Source of the DNA: Andalucia godoyi And28
Taxonomy: Eukaryota; Protista; Jakobida
Assembly (NCBI GenBank): GCA_009859145.1
Contig: VRVR01000024.1
Coordinates: forward strand, 128,749-192,748
Length of the DNA: 64,000 nt
Direction: 5' to 3'
The position numbers and the translations under genes are program-made. Shown piece by piece: positions 30,826-41,751 of the stretch (the stretch's first letter is position 1; each line of letters opens with the position of its first letter). The notes below the pieces were generated by a model that saw nothing but the letters and a program-made list of their open reading frames with translations, made no database searches and was not told the DNA's origin.

Positions 30826-31152
30826 TTGACCCAAATAGTACTCGGGGCCTCACGTAATTCTCCCATGCTTTGAGGTGTCCCAGACTGCTGGTCATCGTTG
30901 TGAAAAACAAAAACAAAAACAAAAAAGGCTGTTCCAAGCCACGAAAGATCTTGTCGTATTGTTTTGTGTGCTTCTTAATAATTGCGCGTGGTTTAATTCA
31001 TTGCGCAGAGCCGCCGCAGCGGTACAACATTGGAGCAGCGATTCGGTCAAAAAATAAAACGGACATTGAAAAAAAATAATAAAAAATGCAATGAATGCGA
31101 ATGTACAAAGGAAAACTGCTGCGGGAATGAGCAAGCGTACAGTGCACAACGC

Positions 31153-34100
31153 TCACATCCTGGGGCGCTTTGCAGGGGGATCGCGAAAGTCGGTGGGCAA
31201 AGGTCTGGCTCTGGTCCTACTTCTCGTAGAAATTTCAGGTTCAAATGACGCCGCTAGGGTTGCCGCAACGGCTTCATCATCAATAACACCCTCTACTTCT
31301 TCGTCTTCCTCAGCACCAAGAGCAGCATCAGGAATCGTCAGAAGAGTTCGGGGGGCAGGAGCGCTGGAGTCTTCTCCGCCCTCTTCATCGTCCTCTTCGT
31401 CATCGTCCTCACCATCGTCGTTTTCCTCTCCATCCTCGCCTTCACCTTCACCTTCAACTTCGACTCCGACCTCGCCTTCGACAATTTCATCACCATCCCC
31501 GTCGTTTCGCACACTCTCTTCTGCATTTTCTTCTCCTTCGGGAACGTTCTCGTCTTCACCATCGCTGGATTCCGACGCTTCATCATCATCTTCGACCTCT
31601 TCAAAGATCTCCACTTCCTGTTTGTTTGCGCCATCTCCAGAAGCCGCCGTTTTGCCAGTCCCGAGCGAACGGAGCCGAGAGCTCAGCGAATCAAGACGGC
31701 TAGCCGCCTTTTCCTTGTCGATCCGACCGATGCTGCGTAACTTGGATACCGGCTTCTTCTTTAGGAACACATCCGACGTTCCGTCCACCCAAATCGTACG
31801 GAAACTGAGCATGCACAGCTTGAATTCGAGACCATTATGCACTTCAAAGTTTGAAGCAAGCATGTGCGAGTACGCAGTGTTTTGTTCTTCCGGAACGCTG
31901 GACCTTCTTGAGCTCATGTACTCCGCGTACATCGGGTGCTTTCTCCGATTTCTCAACAGAAAGATGTTTCTCTTTGCAACGGGAATTGAATCAATGGGAG
32001 TACACATCATTTCTTCGAGGAACAAAAGCGCCTTTTCTTCCAAGCTCTCCTGGTCATAGTCCCCCACAGGATGCTCGACAATCGACATCCAAAAGGAATC
32101 AACTGCATCCTTGTCAGGGTTACTCTCGCGAGAAATGTGCGGAACAACCTTGGCTGACTTGGGTACAAACTCAAGTTTGAAAATCGGTGCCGTCAATTTC
32201 GCAACCGTTCGCAAGTACACCACGGGGGATGATGGTCCCAGCGCACTCGCACGATAGCGTTCATACAAGAAAGCAGAAATAACCTTCTTGCACATGGAAT
32301 CGTGAACAATCTGCTGAGAATGACGCACAAGCGACAAGACAAGCTTGTCCAGTCCGAAGAGAACAAACGCCATCGATCCACAGGAACGACTTGCCTCCGC
32401 TTCATACTCCCGAGCACCAACGTATCCACGCAGGTAGTCCACCAAGACGCGGATCAGCTCACGATAACGTCTGATTCCCTCCTGGTGAACAGCGGCGGGT
32501 ACTGACAGGAAGTTCTCCGGGGCAACAAAGGAAGATGCACGAGCATCAGGGCGTTTCTCCGCTCCGCCATCTGCATCGAGAACCATCGGCTCCGCTCTGG
32601 CGGGTTTGGATGCACTGGCACTCTGTCCAACACCATGACTGGCATCTCTACCGTGCGTGATCTCTTCTTCCGCAGACCGGATGCACATATCTTTTGCTTT
32701 GTGCAAGCGCTCACATAGAATGCCATACAGCCGGAAAATAACATAAAACTGTGCGCTGCCATAAAAGATGGTCGAACCTTCTGCAGACTGCGGCTTTCGT
32801 TGACCTTCGGGAATCGACAAATTGACGGGATAACAAGGAGGTGACGTCCACATGTCCAAGCATTCTCCTAGAACAGTCGGCAAATCTTTTTGTACTTTTG
32901 TCCATTTTTCAAACTCTGCAACATCGTCTTCAACACGAGATTGGTTTTTTCCTCGTATCCTCCTCTTCGGAACTTCATCATCCGACAGCGGCTCAACCGG
33001 GCCATCGTCCTGCCCGGGGGCATCATCGCGAGAATCATCTCCAACAGAAACGGCGGGATTTCCGGAAGATGGAGTATTCGACCGCTTTCCAACTGCACTG
33101 ATCGGCCCGCCAGACCGATCCTCGGTGTCCGTGGCGTCCACAGATGCAGTCGGCAGGAACCGACGAACACTTTTCCATCGCGCCATTGCATCGGGAGCGC
33201 TCCAGTCGACATGCATCATGGGGGAAAAGAACAGCATGTACAGCAATAATCCAGGAAAACGAGAGAAATCTCCACTGGGAATGGACGCTTCTCCGTTTTC
33301 ACCATCCCCACCACCGTCTGTCACCATCGCGGTTGCACCTCCGTCCCCAGATCCACCAGACGTTTCACTTTGCGTTGATGGAGACCCGGTGTCTGGACCG
33401 GTTGTGCCGTTCACCGACGCTAGAATCGCAGAAACAGCGTTATGGGAGTTCGACTGCTGGGGAGCCAACATTCGATCGACAGCAAGGTATAGCGCACCAA
33501 CATCCGCGTGCACATCATCGTCAGGAATCACCATTTGGATACCCCGGTTGGTTTCGCACCGTTGTTCGAGTTCCGCAACGAACTGGCGGGCAGTGAGATT
33601 TCGTTTTTCATTCGTCCGGAACATCGAATGAAGATTCTCAACCCACTTAACCTGGTTCTTTTCATATACCTCTTTCCAAAATGTATTCAGTTCTGCGCGA
33701 GCAACCTCCCATTCCTGGATTTTCTGTCTCAGGCGGGACACTACAATTGGAATCGCAACACGAGGATTCGTTCGAAGAGCCTCGAAAACCTCCGGGCCCC
33801 TATCGCCATAGATTCTGTGAATCGCAGCACAATAAATGTCTCTCATGCCAGACAGTGAGATTCTGAGCAAATCGCCCGGGCGCGCTTGTCGGATAAGATC
33901 TGCCTTGGGTTCGAGAAAAGACAGCGCAGACCGCGCTTGGTCAATCACGACATCCAACTCCGTTCGGTCATCTTCGCACGTGTACAAAATTTCGTCATAC
34001 TGCGACTTTGAAGTGTAGATTCCACCCACATCTTCTGAACCCGCCGGCATCGAGATGAAATCCGAATTGAGAACCTTGCGAGTCACATCGGAAGCAAATG

Positions 34101-35367
34101 ACGAGCTTTGCGTGCCAGCACTGGACTTCTTTGCGATCAGCTGATACGAAGGACCGTAGAGTGCACGAGCTGCGAGTACTGCAGGGTCATTTTGAGAAAT
34201 CTCTTCCATGTCCAGAGATCCTTCATCCGAATCTAGAAATCCTTTCAGCATGGATAGCAAGTCAGGATGCTTCCCAAGAATCTCCTCTGCAGCATCCACA
34301 AGTTCCGTTTTTGTGATTCCCTGTTGCGAGTACAACGAAAGACACTTCACAAGCTCCTGAAACATCCGCCTGTCTTTCAACCGTTCACGTACACGGTCGA
34401 AAAAGACTGGAATATTCGATGTTGACGCAGGCTGTCCTGCACCGACGCCCTGCCGTCCTTGTAGCCTCGCTCCACCAGGGCCAGCCGAGCCAGCCGAGCC
34501 AGTAGAGCCAGTTCCACTCGCCACTGCCGTTGTCGATCCGGTTGTTTTCTTTGAAGCGGCATTGGCCGCAGCAGCAGCAGCAGCAGCCGACGCGCCAGCC
34601 ACTGCCCGAGCAGCTGGTAAAAAGGAAACGAATTCCGAAAGCAAATCTAGATGTCCCTGGAATATCTCTGTAACACCTTGATGCAGCTCCTTGACAGTGA
34701 TTACTCCGTTTTGGTAGTTTCTCAACATCGAAATAAACCGCATATACGCATCCGGCTGATCCGAGAATCGAGCCTTGATGCGACCAACATAATCAATCGC
34801 CCGGTTCACGCTGACCTTTTCACCGGTGGCTTCTCCGCCGCTGCTCTTCTCTGACATGTCACCAACCGAAGAAACCTTGTGCATGGATCCTCGTCGACTA
34901 CTACTCGCATTTGTACCGCTGTTCTGATGCGATGCACTCGATAATGACGAAGAGGAAGACGAGGCAGACGAGGAAGACAAAGACAAGCTTGCATTTGCGC
35001 CAGATGTAAGCGAAAGAGTGGCGCCCGCAGGAATATCAGCAACACTCGAAAGAGTAGCTGCTGTTGCCGCAGAATTTCCAGCCGACGAGGCAGCGATTCT
35101 AAGTTTTCGTTCTCTAGTGAGTTCTGCCTCTGAGATTCGGTTGTCAGGTGGCAAAAAGCGATTGAATCCAAGAATGAGCCATTCCTTGTCCATAAACAGC
35201 GACTTGACTCGGTCGACAACCCCAGAAGTCGAAAGCGATCGTTCCTGGTACATCTTCATGATTCCAAGAAATTCCTTGTATTCCACTGGAGAAACAGAGC
35301 TTTGAATCGTCTTGATGTACGACATTGCATCTTCATTCTTCACACGCGGTTGCTGGTGAAGCGACAT
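31153..35367 (-). CDS. SIN3: Transcriptional corepressor SIN3
   Basis: Three PAH domains (DAMSYIKTI...GFNRFLP; AIDYVGRIKARF...FVSFLP; FFDRVRERL...LKGFL), HDAC-interaction domain (YDEILYTCEDDRTELD), C-terminal conserved region (FYVIFRLYGILCERL). Start at MSLHQQPR. Confidence 0.93.
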   Translation of the reverse strand: MSLHQQPRVKNEDAMSYIKTIQSSVSPVEYKEFLGIMKMYQERSLSTSGVVDRVKSLFMDKEWLILGFNRFLPPDNRISEAELTRERKLRIAASSAGNSAATAATLSSVADIPAGATLSLTSGANASLSLSSSSASSSSSSLSSASHQNSGTNASSSRRGSMHKVSSVGDMSEKSSGGEATGEKVSVNRAIDYVGRIKARFSDQPDAYMRFISMLRNYQNGVITVKELHQGVTEIFQGHLDLLSEFVSFLPAARAVAGASAAAAAAAANAASKKTTGSTTAVASGTGSTGSAGSAGPGGARLQGRQGVGAGQPASTSNIPVFFDRVRERLKDRRMFQELVKCLSLYSQQGITKTELVDAAEEILGKHPDLLSMLKGFLDSDEGSLDMEEISQNDPAVLAARALYGPSYQLIAKKSSAGTQSSSFASDVTRKVLNSDFISMPAGSEDVGGIYTSKSQYDEILYTCEDDRTELDVVIDQARSALSFLEPKADLIRQARPGDLLRISLSGMRDIYCAAIHRIYGDRGPEVFEALRTNPRVAIPIVVSRLRQKIQEWEVARAELNTFWKEVYEKNQVKWVENLHSMFRTNEKRNLTARQFVAELEQRCETNRGIQMVIPDDDVHADVGALYLAVDRMLAPQQSNSHNAVSAILASVNGTTGPDTGSPSTQSETSGGSGDGGATAMVTDGGGDGENGEASIPSGDFSRFPGLLLYMLFFSPMMHVDWSAPDAMARWKSVRRFLPTASVDATDTEDRSGGPISAVGKRSNTPSSGNPAVSVGDDSRDDAPGQDDGPVEPLSDDEVPKRRIRGKNQSRVEDDVAEFEKWTKVQKDLPTVLGECLDMWTSPPCYPVNLSIPEGQRKPQSAEGSTIFYGSAQFYVIFRLYGILCERLHKAKDMCIRSAEEEITHGRDASHGVGQSASASKPARAEPMVLDADGGAEKRPDARASSFVAPENFLSVPAAVHQEGIRRYRELIRVLVDYLRGYVGAREYEAEASRSCGSMAFVLFGLDKLVLSLVRHSQQIVHDSMCKKVISAFLYERYRASALGPSSPVVYLRTVAKLTAPIFKLEFVPKSAKVVPHISRESNPDKDAVDSFWMSIVEHPVGDYDQESLEEKALLFLEEMMCTPIDSIPVAKRNIFLLRNRRKHPMYAEYMSSRRSSVPEEQNTAYSHMLASNFEVHNGLEFKLCMLSFRTIWVDGTSDVFLKKKPVSKLRSIGRIDKEKAASRLDSLSSRLRSLGTGKTAASGDGANKQEVEIFEEVEDDDEASESSDGEDENVPEGEENAEESVRNDGDGDEIVEGEVGVEVEGEGEGEDGEENDDGEDDDEEDDEEGGEDSSAPAPRTLLTIPDAALGAEEDEEVEGVIDDEAVAATLAASFEPEISTRSRTRARPLPTDFRDPPAKRPRM

Positions 35368-36017
35368 CTCGTTTCCTTTGGAGAAGAGGTGGGTGGGTGG
35401 ACTCGCCTGTTGTTTTTTTGTTTTGTTTTGTTTTGCTTCTGGCTTAAGCAAAATATAAAACGTGTGTTTTAAGAAAAAAGGAACAACAGCAGAAGAGGAA
35501 CAAAAGGATATTTAATAAAGAAAAAGAAAAGAAAAGAATAATAATAAAAGGGAAAGCCAGAAACGCAGAGGAAAAAAAAAAAACAAATACAAATACAGAA
35601 AACCAAATAATACAACAACAAAACAACAAGAAAGAAAAAAAGAAAAGGACGCACGTCTCTGTTTGTTTGTGCTGTTTTGGCGGCTGTTCGAGAGTCGAGA
35701 CTGGAGACACATAGTCGTTCAGATTTCAGAGAGAGAGAGGAAGAGAAATGCTGCTGCTGATTGCTGAACGCACGGAGAAACCCCAAAGCACCCCAGTGCG
35801 CCGGACCTCACTTCCCCGCTTGGACATTAGACACAAGGTTTTCTTCCGATTCCTTTTTTTAATTATTGCCAGTAGAAGGCAGAGAGAGAGAGAGCGAGAG
35901 AGTTCGCGCACAGCACGCAAGTTTATTTTGTTGAACGTGCCAAGAACGGATTCTTCATTATGCTTTTCTTCTTCTTCTTCTCATCTTCCTTCACAAATCT
36001 AATCACAAAAAACAACC

Positions 36018-36752
36018 TTATGCCTTGGCACCAGTGTCCTCGGCGACGACGGCAGCGTGGAGCTCGGCAACCTTTCCTGCATCCAACTTGGGTGCACGGA
36101 TAAGCTTGACCTTGCGGATGAAGACGTTCTGGAGCGGGTAGATTCCGTTGACTGCCTTCTCGATCTCAGTTCCGATGACCTCCGTGGTGAACTTGGGGAC
36201 AAGGGTGCTGAGGTTCGACGAAGTAACGTGCTTGTTGATGATTGCGGTCATCTTGGCACGGATCTGGCGGATCTGAGAAGTCTGGGCGTACGAGGTCTTT
36301 GAAACCTGGTTCTGGCGGCGCTTGGTGAATCCGATGCAGAACAGGCGGAGAACAAATCCGTCAAGGGTCTTGACGTCAATGATGTTCTCAACAGTGGTCT
36401 GCCACTTTCTGACGAGCGAGCGGAGCTTGTCAGTGGTGAAGTTCATTCCATAGAAGTTGGTAAGGCAGTCACGTCCGTTGACATCCTCACACTTCAAGAA
36501 GATCTTGCGGAACCCATACTCCTCGTTGGCCTCGAGCTCGGCAAGGTTGGCCTCGAAGACACGACCCTTGAGTTGCTCAGAGGCGATCTTGGTTCCTTGG
36601 GTGCGGTTCACGATGGTCTCACCAACATACTGGTTTTTGTAGTAGTTGGGGGCCTTGATGTGGTACCATTCCTTGCGGGAGAACGGATCGATGATCTTGC
36701 GCTTGCCACCCTTCTTTCCCTTCGAGAGACGCTTGTTCTTGCCGATTGCCAT
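36018..36752 (-). CDS. RPS3A: 40S ribosomal protein eS1 (S3a)
   Basis: [59 protein letters not shown]. Confidence 0.99.
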   Translation of the reverse strand: MAIGKNKRLSKGKKGGKRKIIDPFSRKEWYHIKAPNYYKNQYVGETIVNRTQGTKIASEQLKGRVFEANLAELEANEEYGFRKIFLKCEDVNGRDCLTNFYGMNFTTDKLRSLVRKWQTTVENIIDVKTLDGFVLRLFCIGFTKRRQNQVSKTSYAQTSQIRQIRAKMTAIINKHVTSSNLSTLVPKFTTEVIGTEIEKAVNGIYPLQNVFIRKVKLIRAPKLDAGKVAELHAAVVAEDTGAKA

Positions 36753-36763
36753 TCTTACACCGT

Positions 36764-37006
36764 CTATTCAGATTAAAAACAGGAAACTGGTTAGTACACA
36801 AATCGAAAGAGAACCCAAAAAGAGAGACGATGTCTGCCATGCACCAGAGAAACAAAATCAACAGGAGAAACTCTTTTTCCACAGGAACACGGACGACTGC
36901 TGGGCGGCGCTTCGACAGACACGAAACGACACGTCACAGGGATTGTCTTCTCTGATGCAAACACACACACGAAAAAGAAGAAGAAGAATAAAGGGCAAAT
37001 ACAAAC
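36764..37006 (-). other. Probable 5'-UTR intron of RPS3A
   Basis: Minus strand: caag|GTTTGT donor at 37006, TACTAAC branch site near 36791-36797, aatAG| acceptor at 36764, 11 nt before the ATG. Confidence 0.65.
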
Positions 37007-37596
37007 CTTGGACTCGATCACGCAGCACAGAAAAGAGAAGAAAGAGAAGGAGAAGAGGAAAAAGAAAAAGAAATTGACAACAAATGGGGCTTTGGCGAGG
37101 CAATGAATGCACGAAAAAGAAAATGAAAAGGACAACCAAAAAAAAACCCTGGCAAAAAGACCTCTAGGGTTACCGCAAACACTTTAAAACTCGGCTCTTC
37201 GTCTCTTTTCGAATATCATTAACGTAATGAGGCATCAATTTCAAGTAGTTGATGCCAGACCACTGACATCGACACTTGTCAACCACGTCGCAAAAGATGA
37301 CGCTTTGCCGGACCTTTTTGATCTTCTACCAGAGCCTGTAACGAATCATTTGGGGATTTACCACTTTTTTCATCGTTTCGTTTTCAGTCTTTGCGCGTCG
37401 TTTCATCAATTCATTATTTTTACTTTATTTAATAAAAAGTAATAATTAGTTATTAGTTATTCTTATTATTATTCTTAATTTATTTTCTTCTTCTTCTTCT
37501 TCTTCTTCCGAGTTTCGCTGCTGTTTGCTGCTTTGCTGGTTACTCCCCCGCAATTGTTCAATGTCTCATTTTCATATACAGTAGTGCACCGCTGTT

Positions 37597-40500
37597 ATGG
37601 ATCCGCTGTTCGTTGCCATAATCGTTGTTGCAGCAGCAGAAATTGTGACGGTTTGTTTGTACATTCGGGAATTTCGAGCTCGAAGACAGCTGCAAAGCAA
37701 AAGAAACGAGGATGTGATTTCCCTCCGCGTTGATACTCCTTCCAACCACAGTGTTACGATTGTCCCGCCAAAAATCAGAAATTCGCTCATTACGCAAGAA
37801 TGCCCTTTTCCGCCAGAAGTTGCATTACCGAATGTGCCTGTTTTAGCAGACGATTTGCTTGTTTTAGTGGACAGAGTGTCCTTTGGAACACAAACAGAAA
37901 AAAAGAATCTATTATCATCTCAGTCACAAACATACGTCAACAGCGTACTCTCCGTCGGGTCACAAACCGCCGCTCAGAACCGCGATGTGTCGCTGGATGC
38001 ATATTCGCCAGTCATGTGCTCGATCGGACTTGACGCAGCTCCGATTGTGCTTCCCAGTCTGATTGCTGAAAAGCAGCACGTACTGTGCATTTTGCCAGAA
38101 GTGGCGTCTCAGACGGAGACTGTTGTGCTGCCGACCGTGGAAATCAGGGATGCATTTACATCATGCGACTCACTTGTGTCCACGGCCGTCGGTTCGATGA
38201 CGGCAGCTTTGGAGATGAAGAGTATCGAGCAGAATACCGAGGGTTGGGAACGAAAAGCTCCAATTCTTGGGGAATCGAGCATCTTGTTCTTGGACGTTGT
38301 ACCGGTAGTCGTGGAATTGGTAGACATTGGCTTGGGCTCTGATGTCTGTGCTGCAGACAGAGCGCGCGATGCAAGTGTGATGGCGGCTGCTTCGCTTGCG
38401 GATGCTTCGACGCTGGTGTTGACTGACGCAAATGAACAATCCGTGCAGAGTGAGCATGTTCAGCAGATCGATCAAGGCACAGACTCCAGTCTTTTGGAAG
38501 GAGAGAGCGCGGACCCAGTGGAGATGCAGAAGATAGTCCATCGGCTGGGGGGTCCCAATGCTTCTCAGCAACCTGACATTGAGAATCCCAATCGTATCGC
38601 TGTGGATGGCTCGTTGTTGAAATCGTTTTTTTCGGATGCGTGCTCACAGAAACCGTGGACAGGTAACAAGACTATTTTCTTGCAGGTTTGGGACGAATGC
38701 ATTCATTTTGCAAAACAGCTTGAATCCGTCGGATCCGAGTTGTTGCCGGATTGTGTGAATGTGCTGCATGTCATGGCTGCTGACCAGCAGTTTTCGACCA
38801 CATCGCTTGGAAGATTTGACGAAGCTCTGCTGCTAATGGAGTCCTTCCGGTCAGTTCCGTTTTCCTGGATCCTCCCCGTTCTTTTCCAACACCGAAAAGA
38901 GCCCATTTCGTCATTTCTTGATCAAGTATTGGGGAAAAGCACCTCCTGGGTCGAATTTGTAAGAGACAATAAGGATGCACTAGGACCGTACTTGTCATCA
39001 CATAGCTTGATTCTGGTCGATGCGCAGGCAGAAGAAGCGTTTGTGAAGACACTGCAGGAAAGCATCGTTGCCAATCCATCGGATAGTCCGAAAGTATACG
39101 CATTGGCAATGTCTCGGCAAGTTTGGGGCAAGGTTCTCGAGGATCCTTTCCGCTCGGTGCCCAAGTGTATCGTTTCCTTTGCTGTTCGCGCAAGGAATGA
39201 TGACGGCTCTGCGGTGTTCATTCAGAATGCAATCTTGGATACGAAATGGCGTTCGCACTTTGAACGCGACATTGTCGAATTGTTCGGTTGCGATGTGTTT
39301 CTGTCCATCAACAACGATTTAAGTCGTGCCGGGTGGGAGCTGTTCTGTTCGGGTCCTTGGAGCGCAGACTTTGCGAGTCTGTCTGACCTCCAATCTGGAT
39401 GCTTTGAGAGATACTTGGCTTCTATTTGGAAATATTTGGTGCCGAGTCCTGGAACCTTTCTGTCGTTTGGAATCTGTGAAGCCGTTCTCCCCTCGCTAGT
39501 TGCGTCTTTTTCTGACGGTTCCGTCCTTACGGCGCTGATGAACAACACCCGATTATTCTGCGCGAATTCAGGCCGACGTCTGCCTTTCGCTGCTCGTGAC
39601 AGCCGAGGCCAATTCTTCTCGAAAGTGCTTCGACCCGTGGTGAACGTTGACGAAGTCAAGTTTCTTAGCCAACTCCTTTCGGATCTTCCTAGGCATCCAC
39701 TTTCCCATTTCCTGCGCCTTCGCATGTACGATATTTCTTCTGATGTGTCTGTTGTCCGCGCAATGACATGGGATTCAACCGTTTCAAACGACCTCGCACG
39801 ACATCCGGGCGCATCGATGCACTTTTGGACGCAAGTTAAGCGACTGCTGTTCACCGCCGGCGCCTTCCCCGATCTAGGTGTGCTAAACAAGATGGTGTTG
39901 ATTATGCCGTACGGGAGTCCGTTCGAGCAGTCGGACTATGTCTCCATTCTTGGTGCGGGACTGAAATGCGTGCAGGATCATGTGTCTATGTATGCTCCAG
40001 AGAGCGGGACCTGTTCCGCGTTCTTGTCTCGCAGCCCTGTCTATTCTTTGGCTCTCGAATTCTTGTCCAATGCGTTCAATCGGCGGGTTAGCCAGTCGGA
40101 TCCACGGTCCTTCTTTGATCCCTCCTTCTTTACAATCTTCTCGTACGGCGCTGTCGCAGCCAGCCTGGTGAAGTCGAAGGACGAATCGTCAAACATTCTC
40201 TTGTTCATGATGAAGCGGTACCCATTTTTGTTTGATTTGGACGCCAAGTTGACGGTGTTCTTCGACCCTGCGTATTCGTCGGCTTATTTTTCTTCTGAAG
40301 TCGACCGGATTGACGGACTTGACCGGTCCAGCTTGTTTCCTTCGGCGTTCAAGGTCCTGTACATAGAAAGAAAGCGCACAGACTGGAAGAAGAAATGGAA
40401 GGTCCGCTTTGCCGGAGACTCGGAGAACACCATCGATATTGACGGTGTAAAGAGAGAGTTTTTTACGCTCCTCGCTGACCAAATGCGCTCGGAAGGGAAC

Positions 40501-41292
40501 TTGTTTGGGACGGACGGTGCTGTATCCCTTTCTCTCGCTCCTTCTGCTGCACTAGAGAACCATTTTACCTTCATCGGTCGCTTGATGGCCAAAGCTCTGT
40601 TGGAAAGATCGACGTTTGATGTTGGCGTGTCCACATCTGTGTACAAGAGATTGTTGGGTGCTCCACTGGATCTTGTGCTCGACTTTCCCGATGTTGCCGA
40701 AAGAATACGTCAAATCAAGGAGTTGCCTTCTGTCGAGGGAGTCTTGTTCGAGGATGGTTTGTCGGATGCGACGAAGTACCAATACTGCGAGGAGCTGGAG
40801 AAGAATACACTGACTGGAGCAGAGTGGGCGTATCGGGCACTCTCTCGAGGGTTCGGTGACCTCATTCCGGCATCCAGCGTTCGTCTGTTCTCTGCCGTTG
40901 ACCTTCAACTCGCTTTATGCGGGACTGCTTCTTTTGACGTACTGTCGCTTGTCACGCATACGCAATACACCCAGGGATATTCTTCAGATGCCCCTGCTGT
41001 TGGTTTCCTTTGGAATACTCTGCAAGAGTTCTCGGATCTTGAAAAGCAAAAGTTTCTCCAGTTTGTCACTGGCTCAAGTCGTGTTCCACCCGGCGGCTTC
41101 AAGTCATTAGCACCAAAGTTTACCATTCAGAAAATCCCTCTCATGACGGAATCCGGCAAGGGTCTCAAGCTGCCTTCTGCTTCCACGTGCTTTCATCTCC
41201 TGAAGTGGCCGGAGTACAAGTCCGCAGAGGATGCGAAACGGAGTCTGCGCATCGCTGTAGAAGAGGGCGCTGAAGGATTTTCATTTTCTTGA
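37597..41292 (+). CDS. HECT-type E3 ubiquitin ligase with N-terminal transmembrane anchor
   Basis: VRFAGD...DIDGVKREFF, FIGRLMAKAL, FLQFVTGSSRVP.GGF, LPSASTCFH (catalytic Cys); N-terminal hydrophobic helix LFVAIIVVAAAEIVTVCLYI followed by basic residues. Confidence 0.93.
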   Translation: MDPLFVAIIVVAAAEIVTVCLYIREFRARRQLQSKRNEDVISLRVDTPSNHSVTIVPPKIRNSLITQECPFPPEVALPNVPVLADDLLVLVDRVSFGTQTEKKNLLSSQSQTYVNSVLSVGSQTAAQNRDVSLDAYSPVMCSIGLDAAPIVLPSLIAEKQHVLCILPEVASQTETVVLPTVEIRDAFTSCDSLVSTAVGSMTAALEMKSIEQNTEGWERKAPILGESSILFLDVVPVVVELVDIGLGSDVCAADRARDASVMAAASLADASTLVLTDANEQSVQSEHVQQIDQGTDSSLLEGESADPVEMQKIVHRLGGPNASQQPDIENPNRIAVDGSLLKSFFSDACSQKPWTGNKTIFLQVWDECIHFAKQLESVGSELLPDCVNVLHVMAADQQFSTTSLGRFDEALLLMESFRSVPFSWILPVLFQHRKEPISSFLDQVLGKSTSWVEFVRDNKDALGPYLSSHSLILVDAQAEEAFVKTLQESIVANPSDSPKVYALAMSRQVWGKVLEDPFRSVPKCIVSFAVRARNDDGSAVFIQNAILDTKWRSHFERDIVELFGCDVFLSINNDLSRAGWELFCSGPWSADFASLSDLQSGCFERYLASIWKYLVPSPGTFLSFGICEAVLPSLVASFSDGSVLTALMNNTRLFCANSGRRLPFAARDSRGQFFSKVLRPVVNVDEVKFLSQLLSDLPRHPLSHFLRLRMYDISSDVSVVRAMTWDSTVSNDLARHPGASMHFWTQVKRLLFTAGAFPDLGVLNKMVLIMPYGSPFEQSDYVSILGAGLKCVQDHVSMYAPESGTCSAFLSRSPVYSLALEFLSNAFNRRVSQSDPRSFFDPSFFTIFSYGAVAASLVKSKDESSNILLFMMKRYPFLFDLDAKLTVFFDPAYSSAYFSSEVDRIDGLDRSSLFPSAFKVLYIERKRTDWKKKWKVRFAGDSENTIDIDGVKREFFTLLADQMRSEGNLFGTDGAVSLSLAPSAALENHFTFIGRLMAKALLERSTFDVGVSTSVYKRLLGAPLDLVLDFPDVAERIRQIKELPSVEGVLFEDGLSDATKYQYCEELEKNTLTGAEWAYRALSRGFGDLIPASSVRLFSAVDLQLALCGTASFDVLSLVTHTQYTQGYSSDAPAVGFLWNTLQEFSDLEKQKFLQFVTGSSRVPPGGFKSLAPKFTIQKIPLMTESGKGLKLPSASTCFHLLKWPEYKSAEDAKRSLRIAVEEGAEGFSFS

Positions 41293-41751
41293 GCAAAGTC
41301 ATCTTTTTGCTTGTCCAGTTGGACTTGAATTGCCATTAACGGTGTTATTGCCCACTTCTCTTCTTTCATTCTTTCGTTCATATCATAACCCTCCAACCCA
41401 AACGTCTGGTGGACGGCTGTGATATCATCGGATAGTACGGCTGAAGGTGTGCAGGTCGAGGCCTAATGATACACTGTCGAATACTGACAACCGATCCCTT
41501 GTAATCGATGATTTCTCCGCCGTGGCCTCTCTCTCTCTCTCTGTGCGTGTGCGTGTGTGCGTATTTGCGTGTGCGTGTGAAGATCGAGAACAGAAAGAAG
41601 AAGTACAGGGGGAGAATCGTAAAGAGAACAAGAAGAGAAAGGTGAGAAAATGTTTGGAGAGGCTTGGAGTAAGAAAGTAAAATACTTTGTAAATTATATT
41701 CGTATTGATGCTACTTCTGGAAAAAGCAGTTCTTTTGAAAAATTTTGTGAT

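Noticed and set aside
31091-32059. 322-aa Ser-rich ORF antisense to SIN3 (likewise 60742-61680 antisense to WASH1)
   Set aside because: Shadow frames of low-complexity acidic or polyproline coding sequence; no independent motifs.
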